Of a stretch of DNA of 64,000 bases, positions 53,948-62,755 are shown in pieces. The translations under genes and the position numbers were made by a program. The notes beneath the pieces were generated by a model, which was not told where the DNA came from, ran no database searches, and saw only the letters and a program-made list of their open reading frames with translations. The DNA is taken from contig CBDANQ010000051.1 in assembly GCA_965197725.1 (NCBI GenBank), positions 15,150 through 79,149 of the forward strand. The letters are read 5' to 3'. Position 1 is the first letter of the stretch, and the number at the start of each line of letters is the position of its first letter. Origin of the DNA: Longimicrobiales bacterium. Its GTDB lineage: Bacteria; Gemmatimonadota; Gemmatimonadetes; Longimicrobiales; Gaopeijiaceae.

Positions 53948-54820
53948 TCAGTCGCCTCCGGCGAGCTGCGCGTATACGCCCGTCACGAACCGCTCAGGGT
54001 CTCCCCACTTCGCGTTGTACCGGGCGGTCGGGTCGGCGGCCGCGACCTGGTCGTACGAGAGACCCCGCTCGACCATCTCGGCGACCTGCGCCTTCACGTC
54101 CAGGATCATGTCCCGAAACTCGATCACGTCCTGACGCGTCGAAACCATCCCGTGCCCCGGGACGATCTTCGTGTCCGGTCCCGCGAGGCCGATGGCGGTA
54201 GCCAGCGCCTCTATGGTGCCGTCGAGCGTGCCGCCGTTCGCGAGGTCGATGTACGGGAAGCCGGTGGTTCTGAAGACATCCCCAGTGTGGAGCACGTCGG
54301 GGTCCTTGAAGTAGATGTAGCTGTCACCGTCGGTATGGGCCGGAGCCACCGAAAATACGTCAACCTCCTCTCCGTTCAGGTGAATCGTGATCGCGTCGCT
54401 GTACGTGAGGACCGGTAGTGCGTCCTCGGGTGCTGACTCCATCAGGCGGACTCGCACTTCGTCGCGCGCAAGGATCAGGATTCCCATCCTTCCAAGGTTC
54501 TCGTTGCCGCCCGTGTGGTCGCCATGCACGTGCGTGTTGACCACGAACCGGATCTCTCCGTTTGATAACCTGCGGATGGCCGCTAGGATCTTGTCTGTGA
54601 GGCCCGCGAACTGGTCGTCGATCATGACGACGCCGTCCTCGCCGACTGAAAGGCCGATATTCCCACCCGCACCCGCCAGGTAATAGACACTGCCTGCCAC
54701 GTGGTGCGCAGTGACCTCCACGTTGCTGAAGTCTCTCTGGGCGTTCGTGTCGGTCGGCAGTACTAAGAAGCCGACGGCGCCGACGGTGGCTAACTGCCCA
54801 AGGCGATTCGCCCTTTTCAT
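53948..54820 (-). CDS. Exported MBL-fold metallo-hydrolase (cyclase/glyoxylase-like)
   Basis: Signal peptide; GAGGNI, NTHVHGDHTGGN, AHTDGD, HTGD, PGHG. Confidence 0.9.
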   Translation of the reverse strand: MKRANRLGQLATVGAVGFLVLPTDTNAQRDFSNVEVTAHHVAGSVYYLAGAGGNIGLSVGEDGVVMIDDQFAGLTDKILAAIRRLSNGEIRFVVNTHVHGDHTGGNENLGRMGILILARDEVRVRLMESAPEDALPVLTYSDAITIHLNGEEVDVFSVAPAHTDGDSYIYFKDPDVLHTGDVFRTTGFPYIDLANGGTLDGTIEALATAIGLAGPDTKIVPGHGMVSTRQDVIEFRDMILDVKAQVAEMVERGLSYDQVAAADPTARYNAKWGDPERFVTGVYAQLAGGD

Positions 54821-54862
54821 TGGGAGTCTCCTTCGATCGGTGGGAGGGGACAAGGAACGTAG

Positions 54863-55007
54863 TGTTGTGCTTCAGGACGTTTCGGACAAGCGGGGCTTGG
54901 TTCGAAGTGAGACACGGCCTGGGTATCAGCCGGCCTCCTGAAATCGCTTTCCATGCAGGCGACGCGTGTTGTAGAACTCGATCCACCCGGCCGATGATCT
55001 GGCGGGC
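54863..55007 (-). mobile_element. 3' remnant of an IS3-family element
   Basis: ARQIIG(R)/WIEFYNTRRLH integrase-core C-terminal motif, followed by a possible right end finishing in CA at 54863. Confidence 0.6.
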
Positions 55008-55250
55008 ATTCGTGGGTCGGGCGCAGCGGTCGCCGCGCGCTACTGGGGCCTGTCCGTCGCGGACTACATGGAGCAGTCAGACATCTGGCGGTTGGACCCC
55101 AAGGGGAACCTGGTCCCCTGGTTCATCATCGAGAACCGGCTCGGCGTGGCCAACGTGCGCGAGATCGCGCGCGAGCTCAGTGCAAAGAACATCGGCGCCG
55201 TCTTGTGGGCCGGGAGCGGCGACCTGGGCGCCTCCTACAACAACGGCCAG
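55005..55250 (+). pseudogene. Internal fragment of an HpcH/HpaI aldolase-family gene
   Basis: GIRGSGAAVAARYWGLSVADYMEQSDIW.LDP.G...IIENRLGVANVREIA...AGSGDL; no start and no C-terminus. Confidence 0.68.
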
Positions 55251-55276
55251 GCGGGAGGCTGGGCGCTAGTTGCCGC

Positions 55277-55360
55277 GGGAGACCCCCCGGCTTTGCCGGG
55301 GCGGCCAGCAGAGCTTGACGTTTCCGGGAGTCACGTGAGGAACTCCTTCCCGTGAGCTGC
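55277..55360 (+). mobile_element. Left-end remnant of an IS200/IS605-type element
   Basis: Hairpin CCCCGGC-TTT-GCCGGGG (55285-55301), then GAGCTTGACGTTTCCGGGAGT...GAACTCC...GTGAGC, resembling tnpA leader regions from memory. Confidence 0.58.
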
Positions 55361-55419
55361 TCGCCGATCTCCTACGCACCAATCTCCTTCCTTCGGGCTG
55401 GGTGCCCGACCCCGAGACC
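55360..55419 (+). mobile_element. Fragment resembling an IS110-family transposase
   Basis: LADLLRTNLLPSGWVPDPET resembles the LAxLLRxxxLPxxWxP block after the KTD motif. Confidence 0.55.
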
Positions 55420-55460
55420 TGGACCACAACGCCAACTTCATGAGCGCCGCGCCGGTCCGA

Positions 55461-56105
55461 TTAACGCTCCGCCGGCCACCCCGTGTCGAGCGGAATCGTC
55501 GGGTCCGCCGTAATCTGCAGATCCGCGCAATGGTGATACGAGTATCCACCCGGATTGTTAAAAGCGTGCTCGGCCATGAACTGCACTACTTGCAGGACGC
55601 ACTTCTCGCAGCTGATGTTCGGGAGCCGTACATCCGCCTCAAAGACTTGCATCCGATCGGCCGGCCGCGTGGAATGGACGAACAGGCCGTCAGCGAGCAC
55701 GGGAATCTGCGGCGGGTCCTGAATGACAGCCGACACAGACCATGGCCCCCTGTCGCTATCCCTCGTAGTGACTTCCGGATCAGGCGGCAACTCGGTGGGC
55801 GAGTTCACCGCCAACGCTACCCGGTAGTGCCCCGGGTGGTAAATGGTCTCCTGAATCCTGAGATGCAGCATCTCCCCGCCTACGGCCTGGTTGATGACGT
55901 AGCTCGCTTCGCCCCAATCGCTATTGGAACCCCCGCAGGGTCCTGCTTTCTGCGGGTCCCCGCGGTCGCTTTCGATGAGCCAAGAGGTGGGTTCCAAAAG
56001 CTTGAAGTGGGGTGCGGCACTCGGAAGCTCGAAGCGGGCGGAGGCAGCCGGCGCGGCTATCGCTAGCGCGGCGACCAGTAAAGGAAACCCAATAGAGGAT
56101 CTCAT
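55461..56105 (-). CDS. SCE4755-like polysaccharide monooxygenase-like (His-brace) exported protein
   Basis: Signal peptide; HFKLLEP, QKAGPCGG, ETIYHPGHYRVAL, LPNISCEKCVLQVVQFM, YHHCADL. Confidence 0.8.
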   Translation of the reverse strand: MRSSIGFPLLVAALAIAAPAASARFELPSAAPHFKLLEPTSWLIESDRGDPQKAGPCGGSNSDWGEASYVINQAVGGEMLHLRIQETIYHPGHYRVALAVNSPTELPPDPEVTTRDSDRGPWSVSAVIQDPPQIPVLADGLFVHSTRPADRMQVFEADVRLPNISCEKCVLQVVQFMAEHAFNNPGGYSYHHCADLQITADPTIPLDTGWPAER

Positions 56106-56194
56106 CGAAATACTCCTTCGAAGGTGAAAGAGCCGCGGCGCGACGGCTCGCGTAACCCTATCGCTCCGCCGGCAATGGTTCAAGAGCCGCCGAC

Positions 56195-56299
56195 TTCCGA
56201 CGCCACGGCCTGCTCGACGAAGCCGACGCCCACGGCATGCTCTCCTGGCAAGGCGCCGGTGGGTTCAGCATCGACGCGTCCATCCGCATCCAGGGCAAG
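56195..56299 (+). mobile_element. Internal fragment resembling an IS91-like (Y2) transposase
   Basis: FRRHGLLDEADAHGMLSWQGAGGFSIDASIRIQG; GFSxDAxVRI normally precedes the LxRYxxRP motif. Confidence 0.65.
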
Positions 56300-56526
56300 G
56301 CCGCGCCCGTCGACTGGCAAGCGGGCCCGCTAACGCGAAGGCGCATCTGATCCGGTAGGGTTAGAACCCCCCGGCCAGAACCGACGGGTGGATCAGATGG
56401 AGGAGGCGGTAGGCTAGTCCGTCAGGGCGTCATCAGTTCTGGCTTCCACCCCGCCACCCCGCCGGAAACCCCCTCCTGAGCCTCGGGTACGGACCCAGTC
56501 CCTCCCCGCTCCCGGCGCTCAGCACC

Positions 56527-58332
56527 ATGGCCCAAGTCGACGCATTCCACGAAGAAGAGGCTCTGGGGAAGGCCTACGACGCGCGCCTTATGAGGCGCCT
56601 GGTCCGGTACCTCTCGCCGTACCGATGGCAGGTGGCGCTGGCGATCCTCGTGCTGATGCTCGCCTCGGCCACCCAGGTCGTCGGGCCTTGGCTCACGCAG
56701 CTCATTATCGATGAGGCGATTCCCCGAGGGGACAAGGAGTATCTCGCGCTCCTGGCGGTGGGCTTTATGGCGGCGATCCTGCTCGGGGTCGTGCTGCAAT
56801 ACGCGCAAGCGATCATCACGACCTGGCTCGGTCAGTCGGTGATGTACGACCTACGCGCCGAGATTTTCGAGAAGCTGCAGCGCATCGATCTGCGCTACCA
56901 CGACAAGAATCCGGTCGGCCGTCTCATGACTCGCATGACGAACGATGTTGAGACGCTCAACACCCTGTTCAGCTCGGGCCTGGTCACGGTATTCGGCGAC
57001 ATCTTCATGCTCACGTTCATCGTGATCGCGATGCTGAGGATGAATTGGCAGCTCGCGCTGGTGTCGTTCAGCGTGCTACCCCTCGTCTTCTTCGCGGCCT
57101 TTCTCTTTCGAGCCAAAATACGCCGGGCGTACCGGGACATCCGCGTGCGCATCGCGCGCATGAACGCGTTTCTGCACGAGCGCCTCACCGGCGTGAGGGT
57201 CGTGCAGCTCTTCAACCGTGAAGAGGCCGACGCGGCCAAGCACGCCACGTTGAACCGCGAGTACCTCGACGCACATCTCCGGTCCATCACCTACTATGCG
57301 CTCTTCTTCCCGGTCATCCAGTTCTTCACCGCGCTGGCGCTCGCGTCGATCATCTGGTATGGCGGCCTACGTACATTCGACGGCGTGCTGACGGTCGGTG
57401 TCGTAACCGCGTTCCTCCAGTACGCGCGCAGCTTCTTCCGCCCCATCCAGGACCTCTCCGAGAAGTACAATCTGCTTCAGGGCGCGATGGCTTCCTCGGA
57501 GCGTGTCTTTCAACTGCTGGACGAGAAGATCGTGATCGCGGACCCCTCCCGACCGATCGCGCTTCCCTCAGAGACGGCCGGCCGCATCGAGTTCCGGGAC
57601 GTGTGGTTCGCGTACGTGAACGACTCAGAGGGTCAACCGGACTGGGTGCTCAAGGGCGTGAGCTTCACGGTCGAGCCCGGAGAAAAGATCGCCATCGTCG
57701 GCCACACGGGCGCCGGCAAGACGACGATCATCAATCTGTTGATGCGTTTCTACCAAGTGAACCGGGGTCAGATCCTGCTGGACGACACACCGATCGACGC
57801 AACGCGGCTCGACGATCTGAGGAAGCGCATCGCTTTGGTGTTGCAGGACGTCTTCCTGTTCAGCCAGGACGTTGCATACAATATTCGGCTCGGTTCGCCG
57901 CACATCGACGACGCACGCATCCGCGCTGCCGCTGAACGCATCGGGGCAGCACCCTTCATCGCTCGGCTCGAGGACGGTTACGACCAGGCTCTGGGAGAGC
58001 GGGGCACGTCGCTCTCGGTGGGCGAGCGGCAGCTCGTCAGCTTCGCGCGGGCGCTTGCATTCGACCCGGAGATCCTGGTGCTCGACGAGGCGACCAGCTC
58101 GGTGGACTCGGAGATCGAGGCTCAGATCGAAGCCGCCACGGACGAGCTCCTGCGGGGCCGCACGTCGCTCGTGATCGCGCACCGACTCTCCACGGTGCAG
58201 AACGCCGACCGACTCATCGTGCTCCATCAAGGAGAGCTACGCGAAGAGGGCACGCACGAAGAACTGCTCGAGGCCGACGGCTTGTACGCGCGCCTGCACG
58301 AATTGCAGTTTGCGGCCGCTATAGGCGCATAG
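56527..58332 (+). CDS. ABC exporter, fused TMD + NBD (MsbA/MdlB-like)
   Basis: Six TM segments; GHTGAGKT, LSVGERQ, LVLDEATSSVD, IAHRLST. Confidence 0.94.
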   Translation: MAQVDAFHEEEALGKAYDARLMRRLVRYLSPYRWQVALAILVLMLASATQVVGPWLTQLIIDEAIPRGDKEYLALLAVGFMAAILLGVVLQYAQAIITTWLGQSVMYDLRAEIFEKLQRIDLRYHDKNPVGRLMTRMTNDVETLNTLFSSGLVTVFGDIFMLTFIVIAMLRMNWQLALVSFSVLPLVFFAAFLFRAKIRRAYRDIRVRIARMNAFLHERLTGVRVVQLFNREEADAAKHATLNREYLDAHLRSITYYALFFPVIQFFTALALASIIWYGGLRTFDGVLTVGVVTAFLQYARSFFRPIQDLSEKYNLLQGAMASSERVFQLLDEKIVIADPSRPIALPSETAGRIEFRDVWFAYVNDSEGQPDWVLKGVSFTVEPGEKIAIVGHTGAGKTTIINLLMRFYQVNRGQILLDDTPIDATRLDDLRKRIALVLQDVFLFSQDVAYNIRLGSPHIDDARIRAAAERIGAAPFIARLEDGYDQALGERGTSLSVGERQLVSFARALAFDPEILVLDEATSSVDSEIEAQIEAATDELLRGRTSLVIAHRLSTVQNADRLIVLHQGELREEGTHEELLEADGLYARLHELQFAAAIGA

Positions 58333-58372
58333 CCTCCGGGGACCACTGCACGAGTGGGCGCGCCGCGTTACG

Positions 58373-59731
58373 TTAACGAGTTCCTGCGCTGTCGAGCAGC
58401 TGGTACCGGCGCGACAGGGGGATGATCTCGTCGGCGACGCGCACCAGTGGCTCCGCGGTGAATCCCCCTTTGGGCTCCAGCGCGTCCTGCGTGTAAGAGC
58501 TGCCGGGATTCCAGAGGATCCACTCCTCGACACCGGCGTCGTACGTGGCCTGGATCTGCGCCCTCACTTCCGGCGCGCCGTACTTCGGCTCACCGAGAGA
58601 GAAATCCTGGAGCCACGGTCGCGTCGTGCCCGCCCCGTCCACCACGGCGGACCGCCGCAAAGCGTCGCGCAACGCCCCTCTTACGATCTCGTAGGGATGG
58701 GCGTTCGGCGAGTCGAAGCCGAAGGAGCCCGGCCAATAGTGGCTCGGGTACACCATGGGTAGCGCGACATCGACGACGTCGATGAACGACTCCCACACCT
58801 GACCGATGCCGACGCCCCTAAACGCCGATGTCGTGACGCCGAAGACGTCCGCGGTGACTTCGACGCCGAGATCGGCGAGCCCGTCACGGCTGTACTCGAA
58901 AAACGCGCGAATCGCGTCGGGCTTGGATCGGCCAGCAGCGCCCGGATAGGTCGCCCGCTCCCGGTCCGAGATCGGTGCGTCCGGGAAGCGCACATAGTCC
59001 CACTGGATCTCGGGGAACCCCAGCAGCGCAACCTCACGCGCGAGCGCCACGTTGTACTCCCAGACCTCTGTTTTGTACGGGTTGAGCCACACGATGCTCT
59101 TGCCGTCCACCCACACCCCGCCCGCCGTATCTTGCACCGCGAGTTCGGGCCGGGCCGAGGACAGCAAAGGATCCTTCACCACCACGATGCGCGCGATCGG
59201 GTAGATGCCCGCCGCCTCCAGCCGTGCGAGGACCCCGGGCAGATCACGGATCCGGATCTCTTCCGTCGCACCGATCTCGTGCGCGGCCGGGAGCTCGGTA
59301 TGGTGGCTGACGTACCCTGAGGCGTCCTTGATATCGATCACGAAGGTGTTGATCTCCGTGCGCGCGGCGAGCTCGAGCAGCCCTGCCAAGCGATTTCGGG
59401 AGCCAGCCGCCCACGCGTTCACGTATAGCCCACGCACCTTGGCCGGATGAGGGAAGCGCACGCCGTCCGTGGTCACGACCTTGCTCCCCTCGCCATCCCC
59501 CAGCGAAGCCGCGGAGTCGCCACTCGCGTCGGCAACCTCGGTCATCTCCACCTGTGCAGCGGTGGGGAGCTCGGGCAGCGTCGAGGCGTCCGCCGAGTCC
59601 GGTATCGTCTGCGAAACCGACGGATCCGCCCGCCGCCGGTCGAATGTTGGAGGACCGGCCTCGCACGCCGCACAAAAAGCCGCGCACAGCGCGAGAAGGG
59701 TGAACGAGATCCTACGCCGGGGGCTCGGCAC
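58373..59731 (-). CDS. Putative glycoside hydrolase (DUF4015-like), exported or lipoprotein
   Basis: VRGLY, VIDIKD, YPIARIVV.KD, EIQWDYVRFP, PMVYPSHY, RPWLQDF, WNP. Start inferred. Confidence 0.85.
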   Translation of the reverse strand: MPSPRRRISFTLLALCAAFCAACEAGPPTFDRRRADPSVSQTIPDSADASTLPELPTAAQVEMTEVADASGDSAASLGDGEGSKVVTTDGVRFPHPAKVRGLYVNAWAAGSRNRLAGLLELAARTEINTFVIDIKDASGYVSHHTELPAAHEIGATEEIRIRDLPGVLARLEAAGIYPIARIVVVKDPLLSSARPELAVQDTAGGVWVDGKSIVWLNPYKTEVWEYNVALAREVALLGFPEIQWDYVRFPDAPISDRERATYPGAAGRSKPDAIRAFFEYSRDGLADLGVEVTADVFGVTTSAFRGVGIGQVWESFIDVVDVALPMVYPSHYWPGSFGFDSPNAHPYEIVRGALRDALRRSAVVDGAGTTRPWLQDFSLGEPKYGAPEVRAQIQATYDAGVEEWILWNPGSSYTQDALEPKGGFTAEPLVRVADEIIPLSRRYQLLDSAGTR

Positions 59732-59739
59732 CGGGAGGA

Positions 59740-60078
59740 TCAGTATGACTGGAGCGTGGGGTCGACTTCCTCTCTCCACGCCAGCACGCCCCCACGCAAG
59801 TTCAGCACCCTCGAGAAGCCCGCCTCCAACAGCAGCTTCACCGCCCACCCACTCCGCTGACCACTTCTGCAGTAGAGCACGATCTCAGCCTCCGGATCGA
59901 GCTCGCTCATGCGGTCCACGAACTCACCCGTTGGAATCAGCACCTGGCCATGCTGCGGAAGGTCGGCGATCGCAGGCTCGTAGGGCTCGCGCACGTCGAC
60001 GAGCACGGGCAGGTCACCCGCGCCGAACCTCTGGTTCAGCTCGGTCGCTGTGATCTCGGGGACGTCGTCTTGGTTCAT
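59740..60078 (-). CDS. Rhodanese-like domain protein
   Basis: LVDVREPYE, YCRSGQRS, NLRGGVLAW, VDP. Confidence 0.9.
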   Translation of the reverse strand: MNQDDVPEITATELNQRFGAGDLPVLVDVREPYEPAIADLPQHGQVLIPTGEFVDRMSELDPEAEIVLYCRSGQRSGWAVKLLLEAGFSRVLNLRGGVLAWREEVDPTLQSY

Positions 60079-61383
60079 GCGCTCGGGGATCGTAAGAGCT
60101 CGTGGAGGACGGCGGCGGTGCGACTCGCGGCACCCAGATGGTCCTGAATATAGCCGAACGCACACTCCGCGGCGCGGTCGCGCAGGCCGTCGTCGGTGAG
60201 CCACGTGAGCAGAGCTTCCCCCAGCGTGTCGCGGCCCTCCACGGATCGAGCCGCGCCTGCGACGATCAGGTCCGCGGCCGCTCGCGAACCGTGGTGCCTC
60301 GGCCCGAACAGGACCGGCAGCCGGGCGGCGGCCGGCTCCAGCACCGAATGCAGCCCCGCTCCATGGAAGCCTCCGCCCACGTACGCAATCCGGCCTATGG
60401 TGTAGAGGTCGGCGAGTGCGCCCACTCGATCGACGACCACCGCGTCCACGCCGTGTACCGAGCCGGACTCCCGGACGGCGGACAGCGTCGCCGTGGACCA
60501 TCCGTCCACCGCCAGACTCTGGCAGATCACCCGCACGTGGCCCCAATCGGGCTCGTGGGGTGCGAGGATCAGCCGAAGGCCCGGCACCCGCTGCCGCGCC
60601 ACCTGGAGCGCCGGGATGAGCACATCCTCGTCCGACCTCCAGGTCGAGCCTGCCACGACGCTCGGGCGAGGGTCGGCGCGGAACGGCGCCAGGCACGGCG
60701 CGGCAGGGTCCGTGGCTCGGGCTCGCTCGGCGGCCGAGTCGATCCCAGGGTCTCCGGTTACGAAGAGCGCGTCCTCTCCCACGCCGAGCAACCGCAAACG
60801 CGTCGCATCCTCGTCGGCGACCGCGCACGCACTCCGTAAGGCGCGCCAGCTCCGAGCCAGGAGCGCACGTGCCGCCGGATACAACCTGCTCGAGCCCTCC
60901 ATCACCGTCCCCGCCACCAAGGCGACTTCGATACCCCGGCGCACAGACTCGTCCACCAGGACCGGCCACACCTCTGTCTTCGTGAATACGATCAGTTCAG
61001 GGAACATGGCGTCCAGCACCTGCCCGATCGGCCCTGGCAGGTCCCACGGAAGATACCCTGCGACATCCACTGACATTCGGCTCGCGAGCCGAGCCGCCGA
61101 GGGTGAAAAAATGCGTGAACGCGATCTGTACGCCGGGGTCACGCTCTCGCAAAGCCTCGATCACGGCGAGAGCTTGCAGGCCCTCGCCCACAGACGGCGC
61201 ATGGAACCAGACCGTAGGCCGCGCGGGATCTCGCTCCACCTTCCCCCAGTGGGCGAGCTTCGCGTGCGCGGACCTCCGGCCCGCCAGGCCTTGGGCGAGC
61301 TTGGAAGACCCGGGGCCCACGAGCGGGCTGGCCGCACGAGCCAAGCTCAGCACCACCTTGTATGTGGCGAGGGTTACGCTCAT
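60075..61383 (-). CDS. waaA: 3-deoxy-D-manno-octulosonic acid transferase; +1 frameshift in a T6 run near 61105-61111
   Basis: WFHAPSVGEG, then SPSA, YLPWD, AGSTW, APHEP, YVGGGF, HSVLEPA in the next frame. Confidence 0.88.
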
Positions 61384-61608
61384 GCTCGGAGGATAGATCG
61401 GCACGAGAAGCATCGGTAGATTAGCGCCCATGAACTTCCAGGTGACCGCGCGTCATGGGGGAAAGTACGAGCGCTACCACACCTTGTATGTGGCGAGGGT
61501 TACGCTCATGCTCGGAGGATAGATCGGCACGAGAAGCATCGGTAGATTAGCGCATGAACTTCCAGGTGACCGCGCGTCATGGGGGAAAGTACGAGCGCTA
61601 CCACACCT
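61354..61608. repeat. About 126-bp tandem duplication of the divergent waaA / small-gene start region
   Basis: 61354-61484 recurs at 61480-61608; shared CACCT at the junction; copies differ by GCGCCCATG versus GCGCATG. Confidence 0.93.
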
Positions 61609-61757
61609 ACGTCGTGGACGCGCCCGACGCCAAGGCCGCGCTGCAAGCGGCGGCCACCCAGCTCCCCGACGAGATCGCTCCGGGGACCGATCTCATCGAG
61701 ATCCGCGTGGCGGTCGATCCGGACAAGAGGACTTACGTGGACGAAGCTGGTGGGTAG
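61554..61757 (+). CDS. Small hypothetical protein
   Basis: 67-aa ORF MNFQVTARHG..., divergent from waaA, upstream of the SPFH gene. Confidence 0.6.
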   Translation: MNFQVTARHGGKYERYHTYVVDAPDAKAALQAAATQLPDEIAPGTDLIEIRVAVDPDKRTYVDEAGG

Positions 61758-61833
61758 AAGAAGCCCCGCCGACGTTAACGTATCGATAGAACAACATCCG
61801 CTCTACAGACGGCGAACGCCGTAGGAGTCAACC

Positions 61834-62733
61834 ATGAGCCTCATCATCCCCTCCGTATTCCTGATCGTGCTCGGTGCGGTCATCTTCGTGGTCGGCCCCA
61901 AAGCTGCCCAACCCGGCGCGGCCGGCTCGGCCAGGCTAGCAGGGATCGGCGCAATGGTCGGCGGCCTGGTCCTGATGCTGAGCGGTGGCGTTACGGTCAT
62001 CGGGGTGGGTGAAGTCGGTGTGAAGCACTTCCTCGGCAAGATCGACATCGTGCCCCTCGAGCAGGGCGTGCACGTCGTCAATCCGCTCGCAACAATCGAG
62101 AAGATGTCGGTGCGTGAGCAGGCGTATCCGCAGGACGGAAGCGTGGAGCGCATCGAAGCCCAGACCAGCGAACAGCTCAACGTCTCGCTCGAAATCTCGA
62201 TTCTCTTCCGTCTCGACCCAACCACCATTCCCGACCTCTTTCAGAGGCTCGGAACCGAGAACCAGATCAAGAGGAGCATAGTGCTGAACGCCGTGCGCAA
62301 CGGCGTGCGCGACGCGGTCGCCACGAAGTCGATCAACGCGATCTTCTCGCCGAATCGTCGCGAGGTCGCCACCGACATGAAGCGCGAGATCCAGGCCAAA
62401 GCAGGGGACCGAATCGAGGTTCTGGACGTTTTCGTGCGCGACGTGCAGGCGCCACCCACGGTCCGCCAGGCGATCGAGGACAAGCTTGCACGGGAACAGC
62501 AGGTCGCCTCTGAGGCGTTCCAGACCGCCATCATCCGGGAGCGAGCGCAGCAGGAGATCGCAGCGGCCAGGGGCGTCGCCGAAGCGCAGACGATCATCAC
62601 GCAGGGTCTTACGCCGGCGTACCTGACGTACCACTACATCGAGCAGCTTGCCAGCCTGCCCCCTGGCTCGGTCGTGTACGTACCGACCGAGGGCGGCATA
62701 CCGCTCATGCGGCAGTTGGGTGGCGGGAACTAG
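61834..62733 (+). CDS. SPFH / prohibitin-family membrane protein
   Basis: Two TM segments; GEVGV, VRDVQAP, AIEDKL, AARGVAEA; RBS AGGAG. Confidence 0.88.
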   Translation: MSLIIPSVFLIVLGAVIFVVGPKAAQPGAAGSARLAGIGAMVGGLVLMLSGGVTVIGVGEVGVKHFLGKIDIVPLEQGVHVVNPLATIEKMSVREQAYPQDGSVERIEAQTSEQLNVSLEISILFRLDPTTIPDLFQRLGTENQIKRSIVLNAVRNGVRDAVATKSINAIFSPNRREVATDMKREIQAKAGDRIEVLDVFVRDVQAPPTVRQAIEDKLAREQQVASEAFQTAIIRERAQQEIAAARGVAEAQTIITQGLTPAYLTYHYIEQLASLPPGSVVYVPTEGGIPLMRQLGGGN

Positions 62734-62755
62734 GGAATCCGCCCCGCTTCATAGC

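Noticed and set aside
56329..56366. Integron attC-like site (CTAAC...GTTAG)
   Set aside because: Too short, lacks complementary inner boxes, and no integron integrase or cassette array is present.
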